From the NCBI GenBank assembly GCA_028023455.1, contig JAQFVV010000005.1, positions 21,700,001 to 21,764,000 on the forward strand: a stretch of 64,000 nt of DNA, written 5' to 3'. Positions within the stretch are counted from its first letter, which is position 1, and the number at the start of each line of letters is the position of its first letter. The translations under genes were made by a program, and so were the position numbers. Shown here one piece after another: positions 36,101 to 50,130 of the stretch. The notes beneath the pieces were generated by a model that saw nothing but the letters and a program-made list of their open reading frames with translations, made no database searches and was not told the DNA's origin. The stretch is from Epiperipatus broadwayi (taxonomy: Eukaryota > Animalia > Onychophora).

Positions 36101-39100
36101 AGTAACTTTAATAATTTTGTTACAATTAAACAACATTTAAAGATTTTATGCTTAAATAAACATTTACAATTTTGTTATATTAAATAGGTGCATTTCATAT
36201 TAATAAAATGGAAGTTCTATAATCATTATTTTAGAAATGTATTTATCTTTTTAAAAAAATTCATATCAGTGGCCTACAGGTTTTAAAATTATGAATTTAA
36301 TGGTCTGCAATGTCCAAAAAGTTGGCAACTGCTATTCTAATAGTTATAGTAGACATGATTATAATTAAGAGCAGACAGAATTTTAAAAAAGAGGGAAGAC
36401 CAAAGAGTTACAAATGGAACAATGAAGTTCAGATCATTTTGTAGTGATAGATATTCTTGAAAAAAAAAAAAGGTTAAACACAAGTAAATGAATCAGAAGA
36501 TATTAATAAGATCAAATGGTCTTTCAGAACAAATAATTATAGTAAGGAATATTATCTTTATTCCATTTTGTTTAATGTCACTTTAGGTAAGATACTAAAT
36601 GAGGGTTATCATATAATTATGAAAAAGAATTGTTTATATACATAATAATTAGTTTCATAGAATTACAGTTCCTGGTCTACAATTTTATCAAGAATTTTAT
36701 TATCATTTTTGTTACCTTGATTAAATTAATGTCTAATTTTAATAACTGTATATCATAATTAATTATATAGTAATTAGCTTCTTGGGATACAATCTCTGGC
36801 ATACTATTTGTAATTATTAATGTAAATTGGGTTTTTTAAGACATTTTCTTTTTCTTGAGCAGAATAACATACTTATAATTTAAACATTAAGTCACCATGT
36901 TGCCTTGGGGGGGGGGGGGGTTGATTTCTAGTCACTTAATGAAATTCCTGTTTTAGATATATAAAAAAAAAACTGTATGACAAAATGGTTGTTGAGTTTC
37001 TCTATGCATTGACTTGGTGACTAGCTATTTTTATTCATTTACATAATTGGGTGGTCAACATTGTAAATTTACAGAATACCGTACTAAGTAGAATAGGTGA
37101 AATCTGTACAGAATTTGGGATGAGAACAAACACACTAAAACTAATGCTATACAAAGTGTCCTAGAAAATAAATTTAATAATAATAGTCACCAACTTAATC
37201 GAGAAATTGGAAAAGTTTGAAAAGAAATAGGGACACACAAAAAAAATTAGAACTTGCAATAACTTTTAATATGGAATACAAATTATGGTGACCTTTTAAA
37301 GTTAGAAATTTAAAAAATCACTATAAATGATTATAGAAGAGTGAAAAAAAGTTTGTAAGAACAAAGTAAAACAAAGTTTTTTTGTTATTATTTTTGTTTT
37401 TGTTCTAAATTTTTTTCCAATTCTAGATAGGTGAAGTCCACTAAGCCGTATCATTATTGAAAACAATATTTTTAATCTTGATTTAATATAGCTAATTCGT
37501 ATTAATAAATACTGTTAATAATTATCCATGTTGCTTTAATTCCCCCAGACATGCGTTTTTTGGTCTGTTAAATAATTATTTTTTACTAGGTAGATATATA
37601 AAAATAGTATGTATTTCACACCTCCCTTCATTTAGACTACGCCTATGACAACAAGTCGATTGCAACACATTTTTAAAATAAAAAGTAGATCTTATGAACA
37701 CAAAAGTTGGCCACCCTTGGTATATATAATATCCAAATGGTTCTTGGTAAAAAAAAGATTCCACACTCCTATTCAACTAGCAGTTCATTGAATTTTCACA
37801 TGTGGCCCAAAACATATTCATTAAACTAAATTTTTAAAATCTTGAGATAAGCAGCACTCATCTGATCCTCACTTCAGTTGGAAACTGTGCTTATGACATA
37901 TTTGTTTTACGTTGCTCACTTATATCAATGTATGACTTTTATTTCTTATAATTCTGAAAGGTATTGTTTTATGTCAAACTGAGAATTTAGTTACAAACAA
38001 TGGTAGGAGTTTTTTGAAAAAACAATAGAAAAATATCCAATGAAATTAGAATGTTTCAAGATAATGGGAAAAAATTTGTTGTGCAAAAAAAAACAGACAC
38101 TTGATCGATCTGTCATGAAAGTGTTGTTCTTTAAAAAAATATATAACAAACAATAGACTGTTGAAACACAAATTATTAAAGATTGTTTCCTTTGCATGTG
38201 TGAAAACGAACACCAATAACAGTGACTTTTTTTACATATCTCAGTAAGATAGCTAAGCATTTTTCTTTATGGCAAGAAATTAAGTTACTTTTATTTACCA
38301 AACCAATAAAGTTTACAGAGAATTTGAAAATGATTGGTGGTAGTGCGACATCACAAAAAAAAAAAAAAAACTTGAATTCAATCGTCCTTGAACAGGCTGA
38401 AAATAAAATAATTTCACATATGGTAAATAAAGTATTTGCTTTTGAAGAGTGCAGTGTAGGCACACACATTTATATGGTAGAAACAGATAACGAGGGGAGG
38501 GGAGGGGGGAATCATCATTATATCTAATTAAAGTAAATTATGGATTAAGAATATAATTAATGAGAAACATTTATTATGAAAAAATACAAAATAAAACACT
38601 ACATGATTTTCCCCTACTGCTATGACCAGGTTCAAAATACCTATATATATATTATAAGAAGTAAAATGAATAATAGAAAATTTTTTACGTTTAATAAATT
38701 TATATATTAATTATAAAAAAAATACTCAATGCTAAGTAGAGATTTTGTTAGATAAAATATATTAAAATTAGTTTTATAAATGATTATAACTAATTAATCA
38801 AATTTTATTTGACAAAAATCTCTATTGAACATTGATTATTTTTTAATATAAGTGATATTTATAGGCCAGACATTAACATAAGCAACCATACACACATTTG
38901 TCTGAAGGTTTGTAATGATCGTATATCATCACATCGTGCACATATTAATTATACAGTATATCGTGCACATATTAATTATACAGTACTTGGAAAATAAACA
39001 CAAAAGTTTTTGATAGCGAGTTTATTACTTAGAATATATATATATATATGTGAATTAATAATAGGTTAGTATGTTCAACTAACGACTTGCTGATTGAACT

Positions 39101-39448
39101 CCATTCAATAATCAATATTAATCACATGCAAAAAATTCTTTATAAAGTTTGATTCACTTAATAAAGTCTATTTCAATCTAATAATTTTCACCATTAATTT
39201 TCCAGTAGGTTTTTTCATCACTATTACACTGCTCACGGGTATCAGGTTTAGCAAACACTTTACTGCTCCCTCGGCTATCTCTAATTCAGTCTAACTAGCT
39301 TTGATTGCATCACTCTTTTTTCATTGAAGTTTTGCAGATATTTTTAATAACTCTGCTAATTTGCATTAAATATTTTATTATTGCCTTTGTGCAAATTAGG
39401 ATATCCAGATTAACTTGCACTTTGCATAATTTTACTTATTCTACATTT

Positions 39449-39638
39449 AATTAGAGAGGATTTGAACCCAAACTTTCAAACTCCCTTTAGTCATCCATTC
39501 TATCTTATACAACTGACACACATGACCATATATGTAAAAAAGTGATCTCCAATATATGTATTTCGTGCTGAATTAGCACTCATCAGTTGATCCAGATCAT
39601 CATTTCACACACATATATAATCAGTGCTCAATTTATAT
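39449..39638 (-). mobile_element. 190-bp hammerhead + T-run + tRNA-like element with a 7-bp TSD
   Basis: TACATTT at 39442-39448 and 39639-39645. The paralogous empty site has a single TGCATTT at 47143-47149. Confidence 0.85.
39543..39599 (-). ncRNA. Canonical full-length type I hammerhead ribozyme motif
   Basis: TGATCT-GGA-TCAA CTGATGA GTGCT(AATTC)AGCAC GAAA TACATA TA/TTGG-AGATCA. Predicted cleavage after 39553. Confidence 0.85.
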
Positions 39639-39753
39639 TACATTTCATTATTTCTAGAAGTGACTACAATATTTTTTGTATTTATAAGTTATAATAAACA
39701 CACCCACACACTTACATGTAACTATTTCACAAACCAGTCAATACACTGCAATA

Positions 39754-42700
39754 CCCCCCTTCACTCTAGAAATGTCCCTTCACTCAGCATACATCTTTCT
39801 CTACCAGGTCTCAATAAAGTTGATTTTTTTCTCCTCCTGCCCAGTTGTTTCTTCTTGTCCTCGCTGTAAATCACTGTTTAGCTCTATAGATATATCTTGA
39901 ATTGAAGAATTTTTTTCTAAACTTCTTTTAGTGCTAGAAAATATCCATTTTAGCATTGTCATTAGAATTTTCAACATAAGTAGTAACTGAATCTGTATTT
40001 TCACTTATAACTGCTATCGACTCAAACATTTTTGTGATTAATGTGCCATCTTAATACTATATTGACCTCCAATTTAATCTCATATATTTCGGTAGATAGT
40101 AACCTGCTTATATTTCCAAGTATCCATTTTTTTCTTAAGGTATCTTATATCCAGACAGTCTGCAACTATGTTGGCATTTTCACTTTTTACATCCTTTCTT
40201 TCAATCTTGTCTGAAATTAGTACAGACATATGTGTCCTTACACAGTGCTTCATAAGTTTCTGCTGGGATTTTCTTTGTCATTGAACTTGGCATGAAGTGC
40301 TGGTAAAACATCGCTATTGTTAATGCTTCATGGATATCAACATGAATATGTACATTTAAGATATTGGCCAGCTTTTTCTGCTACTCCATTTGACTCAAGC
40401 GGTATGGAGATGGGAATACATGCCGCATCCCCTTAGATGCAAGAAAGTCCTTTAGTAGCACTGAACTGATTTCAGTACCATTGTCAGTTATTATAGTTTC
40501 AGGATAACCATGCATAGCAAAAAAACTCATTTAAAACTTATCGCATTTTCTGTGTGATGTTTTTTTATCATTCGATATATGTGTCCATGGAAAGGGCCGG
40601 CATGGTCTAGGTGAACCCTTTCCCATGCTTTTGTAGCTTCTAGCCAAGGCTGGAACTCTTTACCTGATAGCTTGTTTCTGAACAGGCTTGACATTTTCCT
40701 CACAGTCTCTTCTGTCATGCTTTGTATCCAGCCACCAAACATACAAATGAACTAGTTCGTTCATATATATAATCCCCGGTGTCCATGATGTTCTCCCCTC
40801 AATTATAACTAATATTTGGTCTGTCATCAAAATACTCTTGTAACCCATTGACAAACTTTTCTGAGCATTCCAAATTTGTGACCCTACATTACTTAACCGT
40901 TTCTTTGTTCATCCATGTTTAATCCAATTTTTTACAAATTGATAGCTATCATTTCTTGTCCATTACTTCAGATTTCATTACATCAATGTACTTTCAATTC
41001 AATAATGTGACTTGCATATAGTTTTTATCTGGTATTCTCGAAAGCTCATCCGCCTGCTTTATCTAGTTGCCCAGCCTATATAATATGTCAAAATCATACA
41101 AAGCCAGAATATTTGTCCATTTCAGCATATGTTGTCTTGGAACCTTTATTTTTCCCAAACATCTCCAATAAAGACCTATGGATTGTGTAAATTTTGAACG
41201 ACCACCCATAAACATATTGGTGAAATTTCTTTATTGCAAATATAATTGCCTGAGCCTTCTTGTACAATTGGCTGTAGTTTTTCTCAGCCATGAAAAATGT
41301 TCTGGAAGCATCATTATGCAAAATTATGGCACTAATACTAAGGTCTGAGGCATCTGTTGTAATTTCTACTTCTTCTTGTTGGCAATAATGGACTAGTAAT
41401 TTATCTAATGCTAGCAATTCCTATAGTATTCTAAAAGCTTGGTCCTGTTGAACTCCCCATTTCTATCTCTAGTTATTTTTTAAAAGTTCGTAAACAGAGT
41501 TGGCTGTATGAGATTTTTCTTTTAGGAAGCTTTCAAAAAAAGTTCAATAAACCTAAAAAAAGGTTGCAAATTTTAGCATTTGTTGGTTTTGAATAATTTT
41601 TAACCACAATAACTTTCTGGATTATGATATCTGTCTTTATCTGTTAGAATGTGTCCGAAGATTTTTTTTTTCTTTAGCTGACGAAATAAATCTAGTACCA
41701 AACTTATTTAACTTATCACAGACAGCATATACACTTTCATTCAACTGAGTTTCACTTTCAGCAACTATAAGGACGTTCTCTAGATGCAGTATAGCTCCTT
41801 CTACTTCTCTTAAAAGATTTTCTATCTTGGCTTGAAAAATGTTAGATGCTGTAATAATCCCATATGGTACTTTATTAAATTCAAAGAGTCCCATATGCAT
41901 CTTTATTGTAGGTAACTCAACTATCCTGGCTGTATCAGGAATTTGGTAAAATGCTGATTGAAAATCTAATTTTGTGAAGTATCATGTTTTCTGCAGGAAG
42001 ACTAACACCTCTTAAGCTTGGAATGAGATAGGCTCCTTTATTGATATTTCTGTTTACAGTTACTCAAGAATCACTGCATATTAAGATCTTATATTCCCAT
42101 CCCATTTTAAACAGCAAGAATAAGTGTTGCTAGGCGGATTCCTCCATCAACATAATGATGCCTGTGTTTAATAAATCCTTTAGTGCTTCCTCCATTTTGG
42201 GCTTAAGAGCAAACAGACTACAAACAATTTGTGCATTTTCCATTAGTCCTATTTCTACAGGTTAAATCTTTAATTCTGATGGGCAGGACTTAAAGAGCTA
42301 AGGGAATTTACTTCTTATTTGCACTTCTAAATTTCACATTTTTTATTATATTTATCTTAATTCCCAAAGCTTAAGCCAGTTACTTCCCAGTATAAGGCTA
42401 ATATATTTTGTTATCACATATAGCATTAAATTTTTGTGCCTATTTATTTATACAGGTACTATTCCTGTGATATTAATCAGACTTCCATTTACATCTGTCA
42501 TCGCTAAATTAGTTTTTTTTTATTTGAATCTTATTATTCCTTCTTTTACTAATGGCTATCCAATCTTTAAAAACATGAGTGATATTCCTCCCTGGCTATT
42601 TTTCTTTTTTATGATTTGGCTACAAATTCTAACATCTACAAGTTTTGGTATATCCTCACTTTCCTTTATTCTTTTCACATTTATGGCCTTCTTCACAACT

Positions 42701-43583
42701 CCTCCTCTCTTTTTCTATTCACCGGTAAACCCACTTTACACAGTTGTCATTTGTTAGTACAAACTTTTGACAAATGACTTGTTAAACTGTAGTGAAAGCA
42801 TTTATGTCTTAAATTTCCACATTTTTTTAATATGACTCTTCTTTCCATAGCAATAACAGATGCTGGGCTTCCATGTAAAATTATTGTTTGTGCTTTCTCT
42901 GCATTTACTCATGTATTAGACTTCATTTCATCAGCCATATTTTTAAATTATTGTGTGTGGTCTATAATAAACTTCATCTGGCATACCTCATTAAATGGTG
43001 GCATTATAACTTAGCATAAACTTGTATAGAAGTATTGGTCTAAGCTTCACATCATTCATAACAATAGTCCAATAGCATCACTTTTAGACAATCTCTAAAT
43101 TCACATTCCTTCGCTAAACCTCACAGTGTTAAATCATACTTCTGTATGTTTCCATTTGGTGACTGCATTTTGTTATAGACTCACTATGTATTTTAACATC
43201 GTAGGTCTGAAATATGCATTTAATTTTTGCAGCAACTCATACAGGATATCTTCAGATGATTTCAGATAACACACACGATTACCTAATTGCATGACATTCT
43301 TTCCTGATATCCATAGTAGGATGGCAACTTTCAATTTGTAATCACTAATACTGTTGATTATCATATATTTTTCATCATGAATCATGGATATCTACCACTA
43401 CCCAGATTGCTTATATCAAAACTCTGTGTTTCTATGTATATATTGTACCAGTCAGAATTGTATGTTCGTCTAACAAGAGCTAGCATCCAAGTAAAAGTAC
43501 CTAGAGTTCAATCATATGCGAGATACACAGGTCAGGAATACTCATGAACTCCGCCCTATTGCCCATTTCCTAATTCTATAACA
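39754..43583 (-). mobile_element. Decayed Ty3/Gypsy LTR retrotransposon
   Basis: gag (LQKLNAYFRP...GLAKECEF), RT (FEFNKVPYGI), RNase H (TTDASD...EKNYSQ), integrase (WERVHLDHAGPF) in Gypsy order. PPT AGAGTGAAGGGGGG at 39767-39754. PBS-like TGGGTAGTGGTAG at 43404-43392. Candidate 5' LTR 43408-43583. Confidence 0.9.
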
Positions 43584-46500
43584 TTACGAACAACACTTCT
43601 GACGATAACAAACGAAATTTCTAACAATTCCTGTCCCAGAGCATCAGCAGAGACACAAGAGATCTATGGATTAACTAAAGGATGACGCAATATAATAACA
43701 GATGTACATGCATGAATGAATGAAAAAATTCCAAAGAATAAATTATTAAAGATGAATTTATTTATAACAATATTAATAATGTAGTTAAATTTGTATATAA
43801 GCAAATGGATATAAAAGATTAAATACGCTGTGAGTTTGTTTATACATAATGAATACTCTATCAGGGTTTCACATACTATTTACTTGTGCATTCCATACTG
43901 ACCTTAGCAACATGACTTAAGGATTGATGGATATGCAAATACCAAATACACATATTAATGAAAACAGTAATTAATCAAAACGATGCGGCTTAATATGCTA
44001 ATTAAGATATCAGATTTACGGGGCTTCTATTATGAACGCTATGATAATTTAAATAACGAATCATCTAACGGATTACAATAATTAAACGTGGGGCTTCTTT
44101 CATGACCACCATACTAATTTATATAACAAATAATCTATCGAATTTCCATAATTATACGTTGATTTTATCGCGATTATATTAACTACAAATCAATTATATT
44201 TGAAATTATAAAATGTATTTAACATTTACGATTTACATTTGAATAGAAAAGAGCATAGTTATCTCCACATTCAGTCACATGACTTGGCTTTTATAGGCTT
44301 TATAAGAAGTTAGTTCTCAATGTATTTAAGGGCGGTTTAATGAGAGGGTGAATAGCTCAAATATGCTATGACACGTAATAGGGCTAGCTAAATTTATATG
44401 ATAACATGGAAGCTTGGGATGGCCGAAGAAATCATAGCATTATGACTTACAGACGAATAAATGGATGAGGAAATATAAATGATAGTGTGCGGACCGAATG
44501 ATAACGTCAGGAAGGACGAGAAGCTTCATCAACTTTACAACGAAAATATGTGAGCTCATCTATGCTTGTGACAGATGGCATCCAAAGATGTGGTCGGCAA
44601 GATACTATGGTTTCATGGATTCCGAATGTTAACCCATAATAGAGCCTATTGCAACCAAATACAACCTTTGGAGTCGGGGCCTCCACACTCCGCCGAGAAA
44701 TGTGCTTTAATTATTCAGGAAACGAAGGAAAGTCTGACAAAGCAACATGTATATTTATGAACGTTATCATCGATACGCAACGCCGAGGCTTTCAGGTCTG
44801 TATTGACACTGATTTATTATGGCCTTAGAAAGTAAGTAAGCCTAGCATAATGAAATGATAAGATATAAGCAATCCCAAAGGGCACACAATTTGCCTAAAA
44901 GATTATTTAGAAAATTAATAATAAAAATGAAAGTTAGGATTCCCTTCGTTAAACGCATATCAATACACTAAAAAAATATTTAATCAAATTATCGTTAGAT
45001 GGCGGGCTAATTATATACTGAATCAGCAGCTAAAGGTAAGGACTTGAACCTTAATTTATTCAATACGAAATTTATTTAATACTAAATCAATAGCGTGAAA
45101 TAATAGTAAATGATATCTTTGAAATGATAACGGATAGCATGATATAAATTGATAAAAATAATTTAGGAATATTTTCAACAGGGCGAATTTTTTTTATAAT
45201 TTAGTAAGAAAGCTTACGTTTACGACTTGGTTGATTCGCCAGATTGAAAAATAAGATAAGGTTGATTCGCCAGATTGAATTATTAGCATATTAAAATGGG
45301 TATGATTAACATAATATCAAATTAAACATTGCCGCATTTAAAAATAATAAGACAGTAAGAGTGAAAACCCAGAAATCGCATTTAGAAAATCAAATAATAA
45401 AATTTATAGATTAATGCTAAAAGAAAGTCATTATTTAAGCAGTTAATAATCGCCTTGGCATTACCGATTGAGAAAATAAGCAGATTACATTTTAATCAAA
45501 AGAAAGACTACAAAATGGAAATATTACAAAGATATAATTTAAACAAAATCACTTTACATAGTTGGAGGTTGAATTGTACAGTTTAAGAATATATAAAAAA
45601 ATATTTAGATGCAAGTTTTAGAGTTCAGATGGCGGCGGGGAATTACCTTTCTGTTTGACGATTTGATGGCCATGTACACACGTGTTGATTTCATTTTTGG
45701 AGAAATACAGCTAATTCGGCATAATTTTGGGAAAATAGTGGCTAACATCCGTTCCTAGTGTATTTGAGAGTTCGTTTTGGCAGTATTTATGAGGCGATGG
45801 CTTACAAGTACATTAGCATGAATCTGATCTTAGAAAGATCGGGGAAGCAAACTTTCTACTCACTATTCATGTTGAAATTTCGAGTGACGTAGATTCGTTC
45901 TACAACCTCTTTTAGAAATCAAATGCAGAGTCTTTTAGCTAGAAAGTGCAGCTGTATTTATACCCATTTTGACTGCCTCTGGTAATCCCCGGATGTCCAC
46001 TAATGGTCAACTGTGATACCTCTAATTTTAAAATATGAACGAGATAAAAAGTTCGAGAGAGCTGTTTTTAGTCTATTTTGAGCTGAAAATAGACCCGCAG
46101 GATAAATGTTATATAACGTGAATTTTTTAAAGTAAACCTATGTCAAATAAAAAAATCTTTTCTTAAATTAAAATAAGGCACACCTTTTGTTTGCTAATTT
46201 TTACGTTACTCTCTTAAACTTCCTCTCAAACAAAATACACGAATAAAAATATATATGTAATCTGAACGCATTTAATAACATTATTATAATGTTTATCTGT
46301 TACACACACACATATGCATGATTATTTACCGTGATAGAAATTGATATATTTTATAACTAAATTGACATTATTCAAATGAGAATAACGCTTAACTACAAAA
46401 GGTAAACAATCACGTGCATCTGTATACCTGCATTCCCTAGTGATTTATTACAACTGAGTTCGAACCCCTATTTGAAGGTTTCAAACATCACTAGACAGTG

Positions 46501-46674
46501 AAGCAAAATATGTGCAACAGATTTGACTGCTTCAATATATATGTCCACTTTCATAGCTAATCTGTAAAGCTTCTGGTGCCTACACCAAGTTATATTTACA
46601 CATTTCAAACTAATGACTGGGTAATTGACATGTGTGGGGCCAGACTTTAAGCAACCATACACTCATTAGTTATA

Positions 46675-48481
46675 CTTTGAAAATGAACACAAAATTTTTT
46701 TAATAACTTAATGAGTTTATTATTCAGAATATATATATATATATTAGTAATAGGTTAATATATGTTCAACTATGACTTGCTGGTTAAATTCCATAAAATA
46801 ATCAGTCTTAATCACACAATGGCAGTTCTTTACAGAGTTTGATTTTATTTCTACACTTTATTAAAAGTCCTTTATTTCAATCTAATAACTTTCTCCATTA
46901 GTTTTCCACTAGTATTTTTCATCTGCATTACATTGCTCACTGACATCAGGTTTAGCAAGCACCTTATTGTTCACTCAATTATCTCTGACTCAGTCTAACT
47001 CGCCTTGACTGCATCTTTCTTTTTTATTAAAGTTCTGCAGATATTTTTAATACTATTCTAATTTGCATAAATATTTCATTATTGTCATTAGGCAAATTAG
47101 AATATCTAGATTAATTTGCACTTTGCATAATTTTACTTATTCTGCATTTCATTATTTCTAGAGTGACTACAATATCTTTTTACTTAACACACATATATAT
47201 ACATACATATGAGGTGTGGCAATTTAATTCTCAGAATGGCTGTATGGTGTCACCCTTGACTTAATTATATTGAAATCACAACAATATTTATGTTTGACGA
47301 TGTTTAAGCCAACATCTGTGTAAATTTTAAACTGATATAGCTCGTTGTTAGTTAGCTACTGGGAAGATAATAAATATTCGTGAGTACGCTTTGGTGCAAA
47401 AATGGGTGATTGAAATTTTGAGCAACATATTAATATCAAATTTTGTATGAAAACCAGCAAAGGTGCTACTGAAATATTACAACTGTTACAAGTAGGTGTT
47501 TGAGTGACATAAAAGGTTCAGAGATGGGTGAGAAGATGTGACAAATGACTCCAAAAGCAGACAGACAAAACAACAATGACTTATCATTAATATTAACAAA
47601 GTGCAAGATGCAACATGGTCCTGCAGATGATTAATTGTGAGATTGATAGCTGAAGAATTGCAGATTAATCAAAAAACAGGCTAATTTTAAATAAAGAAAT
47701 GGGCATGAGAAAGCTGTCTGTAAGGTTTGTGTCTCGGATCTTGATAGTTTAACAGAAACAGCTTTGGTTTGATGGTGCAACTGATCTTTCTTTAATTATC
47801 CATCTGTTTCGAGAGTAACTGTGGGTAATAAACCTCAGTACTTCCAGTATGACCCAGAACAAAACGTCAGAGCATGAAATGGAAATCCCCAAATTTACTG
47901 CACCCTAAAAAGGCACACCTGTCATGCTCATAGTTTAAAACCATGCTGGTGTTTTATTGATCACAAGGGAAGTCTACCAAAAATTTATTGAACAGGAACA
48001 AACAATCAACCAACAATGTTACTTAAAAGTACTTCAGAGATTATAAGATCATGTTTGAAAAAAAAAAAGACCTAAATTGTGGCCTGACAAGTAGATTATT
48101 CATCATGACAATGTGCCAAGTCACAGTGCACTCATTGTGAAATACTTTTTAGCCAAAAAGTCAATTACACAATTAGAGCATCCTGCCTTTTGATTATTTC
48201 CAAAATTAAAATCTGCGCTGAAAGTATGAAGATTACTGATATCCAACAGAATGTGAGATAGCTGCTCAACTTTATTCCTGAAGATGAGTTCTAGATGTGT
48301 TTTCAGAAATGGGATTGTCTCTATAATGTCTATAGATACACAAGGGAATTATTTTGAAGACTACAGTATCCAGTGGTGTATACTTTCACATGTATATTTT
48401 ATAAAAATGCATTCTGAAAATTAAATTGTTACATCTAGTTTACGTGACTTTATTTTGCAAACCAGTCAATACACTGCAATA
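46675..48481. repeat. Dispersed ~570-bp repeat, copy 2, interrupted by a mariner
   Basis: 46675-47209 and 48439-48481 align with 38985-39753 minus the 190-bp insert. Confidence 0.7.
47210..48438 (+). mobile_element. Decayed mariner (Tc1/mariner, DD34D type) transposon
   Basis: Imperfect TIRs (TGAGGTGTGGCAATTTAATTCTCAGAATG / CATTCTGAAAATTAAATTGTTACATCTAG). Motifs QYDPE..RQSMKW, IIHHDNVPSH, LFPKLK; the YSPDLAP motif is deleted. Confidence 0.9.
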
Positions 48482-49689
48482 ATTAATATATATTAATTTA
48501 CTAATCATAACACATTTCTACTATTATTAACTTTATTCCTTAATATATATATAGGCGTTTTGAACACATTCACAACACCAATCATAATAAAAGCTACATT
48601 TTCCCAGAAAACTACAAGATTATTTCAAATTATTTAGTTGCCTTATACAAGGGATTTAAGAGCTGATTTCAGGATTTAAAAAATATTAAGAATTGTCTGT
48701 TGCTTGTAGAAAATCACCCTAATATTTAGAAACAGTTATCCTATTATACAACTAGCTGCATTGGGATATGATTACGCAAACAAATTCATCAAACTCAAAA
48801 ACGATACGAATCTGAAGATTATTTTTTTAAAAATTAGAAAAAAGGATGCCAAATTTTGGTAATTACTGCTGAAAAATACAAGATTTGTTTGCATCAATGT
48901 ATTTTTGTGAATCAACCTATTCTAAAATGAAATATGCAAAGAATATATTAAGAGTAGCATGTAGCAATTACAAATAATAAAAAGTATATCTCAACATCAT
49001 AAATCATGTTAATTTTTAAATAAACACTTGGACTCATATAGTTTTATTTTATATATTATCACATTATAAGATATAGCATATTTTGTTTGGCCTGTGTTGC
49101 GATCCATCCTAACATAGAAAACATATGTATGCAGCCTGAGAACGATCTACAAAATCTGATAAAAAGTCAATGTGGGAGAGAAAGTGACTAATTATAAAAA
49201 GGAGAAACAAGTATAGAACAGTTTTTAGAAAACTAGTACTAAAATTCTTTTAACAATTTAGCTATTATTCTTTTTTGTTCAATATGTTAATTAAATTTGT
49301 TAACATGTTTGAATTTATTTAAAAAAACAAAAAGGAACTACAAATAATATAACTTTATTTCCCTAGCAAAAAAAAATCAAAACAAAAATGTTATTGTATC
49401 ATGATATATTATTTGGATGTTTCATTACATCACATGTATACAGGTAGATTACCATTGTTTGACTTTTCAGATTTCAACAATGAATCTCTCTTCCCCCTCA
49501 TTATAAGCACAAAGTTTGCTGAACATTAAAAAATATATATTATTTTATTGTCTATACTTTTTTTATACATCTAAATATTTTTAATGTATTGCCTAAATTT
49601 ATTTTCTCAACAATGGCATAACATTTTAAACTACAGAAAATTTTTATATTTATATAAGCACAAAATTTTTATATCGGCATCATTTTCGA

Positions 49690-50130
49690 TTATTATGAAT
49701 CCATTGCAGGATGATGGTCTCCCCAAGTTTAATTAAGTTTCTTCAATTTCTAGCCTCTCTTTTCCAAATGACACCAACAAACATCCTTATTTCATCCACC
49801 CATCTCACATGTGGTCTCTTTCTAAGTCTTTTAAATCTCTTGGAATTCTGCTTAAGATTTCAACTATCTATCTATTATCCTCTCTCCTAATAATGTGTTC
49901 AGCCCAGCTTCATTTCAGTCTCTTAATTCATTCAATAATATCAGTGATAATTGTCTTCTCATCAATGTACTTTGTTTTCAATCCCTTTTTATTACTCCTA
50001 ACATACATCTCTTCACACTTCATTGAGTAATCTGAAGATCATATGTCCAAGTCTTAGATCCATAACTGGTAAACACATTTATAAAAAATCTTCCTTTTCA
50101 AACAGAGACATATTTTATTTTCATATTATT
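49690..50130 (-). mobile_element. RTE LINE 3' fragment (same family as 18521-19140)
   Basis: CATCCTTATTTCATCCACCATCTCACATGTGGT matches the reverse complement of 19022-19060. Confidence 0.8.

Larger units (their letters stand above)
38985..39753. repeat. Dispersed ~570-bp repeat (possible LTR), copy 1, interrupted by the 190-bp hammerhead element
   Basis: Colinear with 46675-47209 plus 48439-48481; begins right after the Gypsy polypurine tract on the minus strand. Confidence 0.7.

Noticed and set aside
45643-45690. Minus-strand ATG...AGAAAG/gtaatt mini-exon as FLOT2 exon 1
   Set aside because: Phase 0, incompatible with the phase-1 exon 2, and no flotillin similarity.
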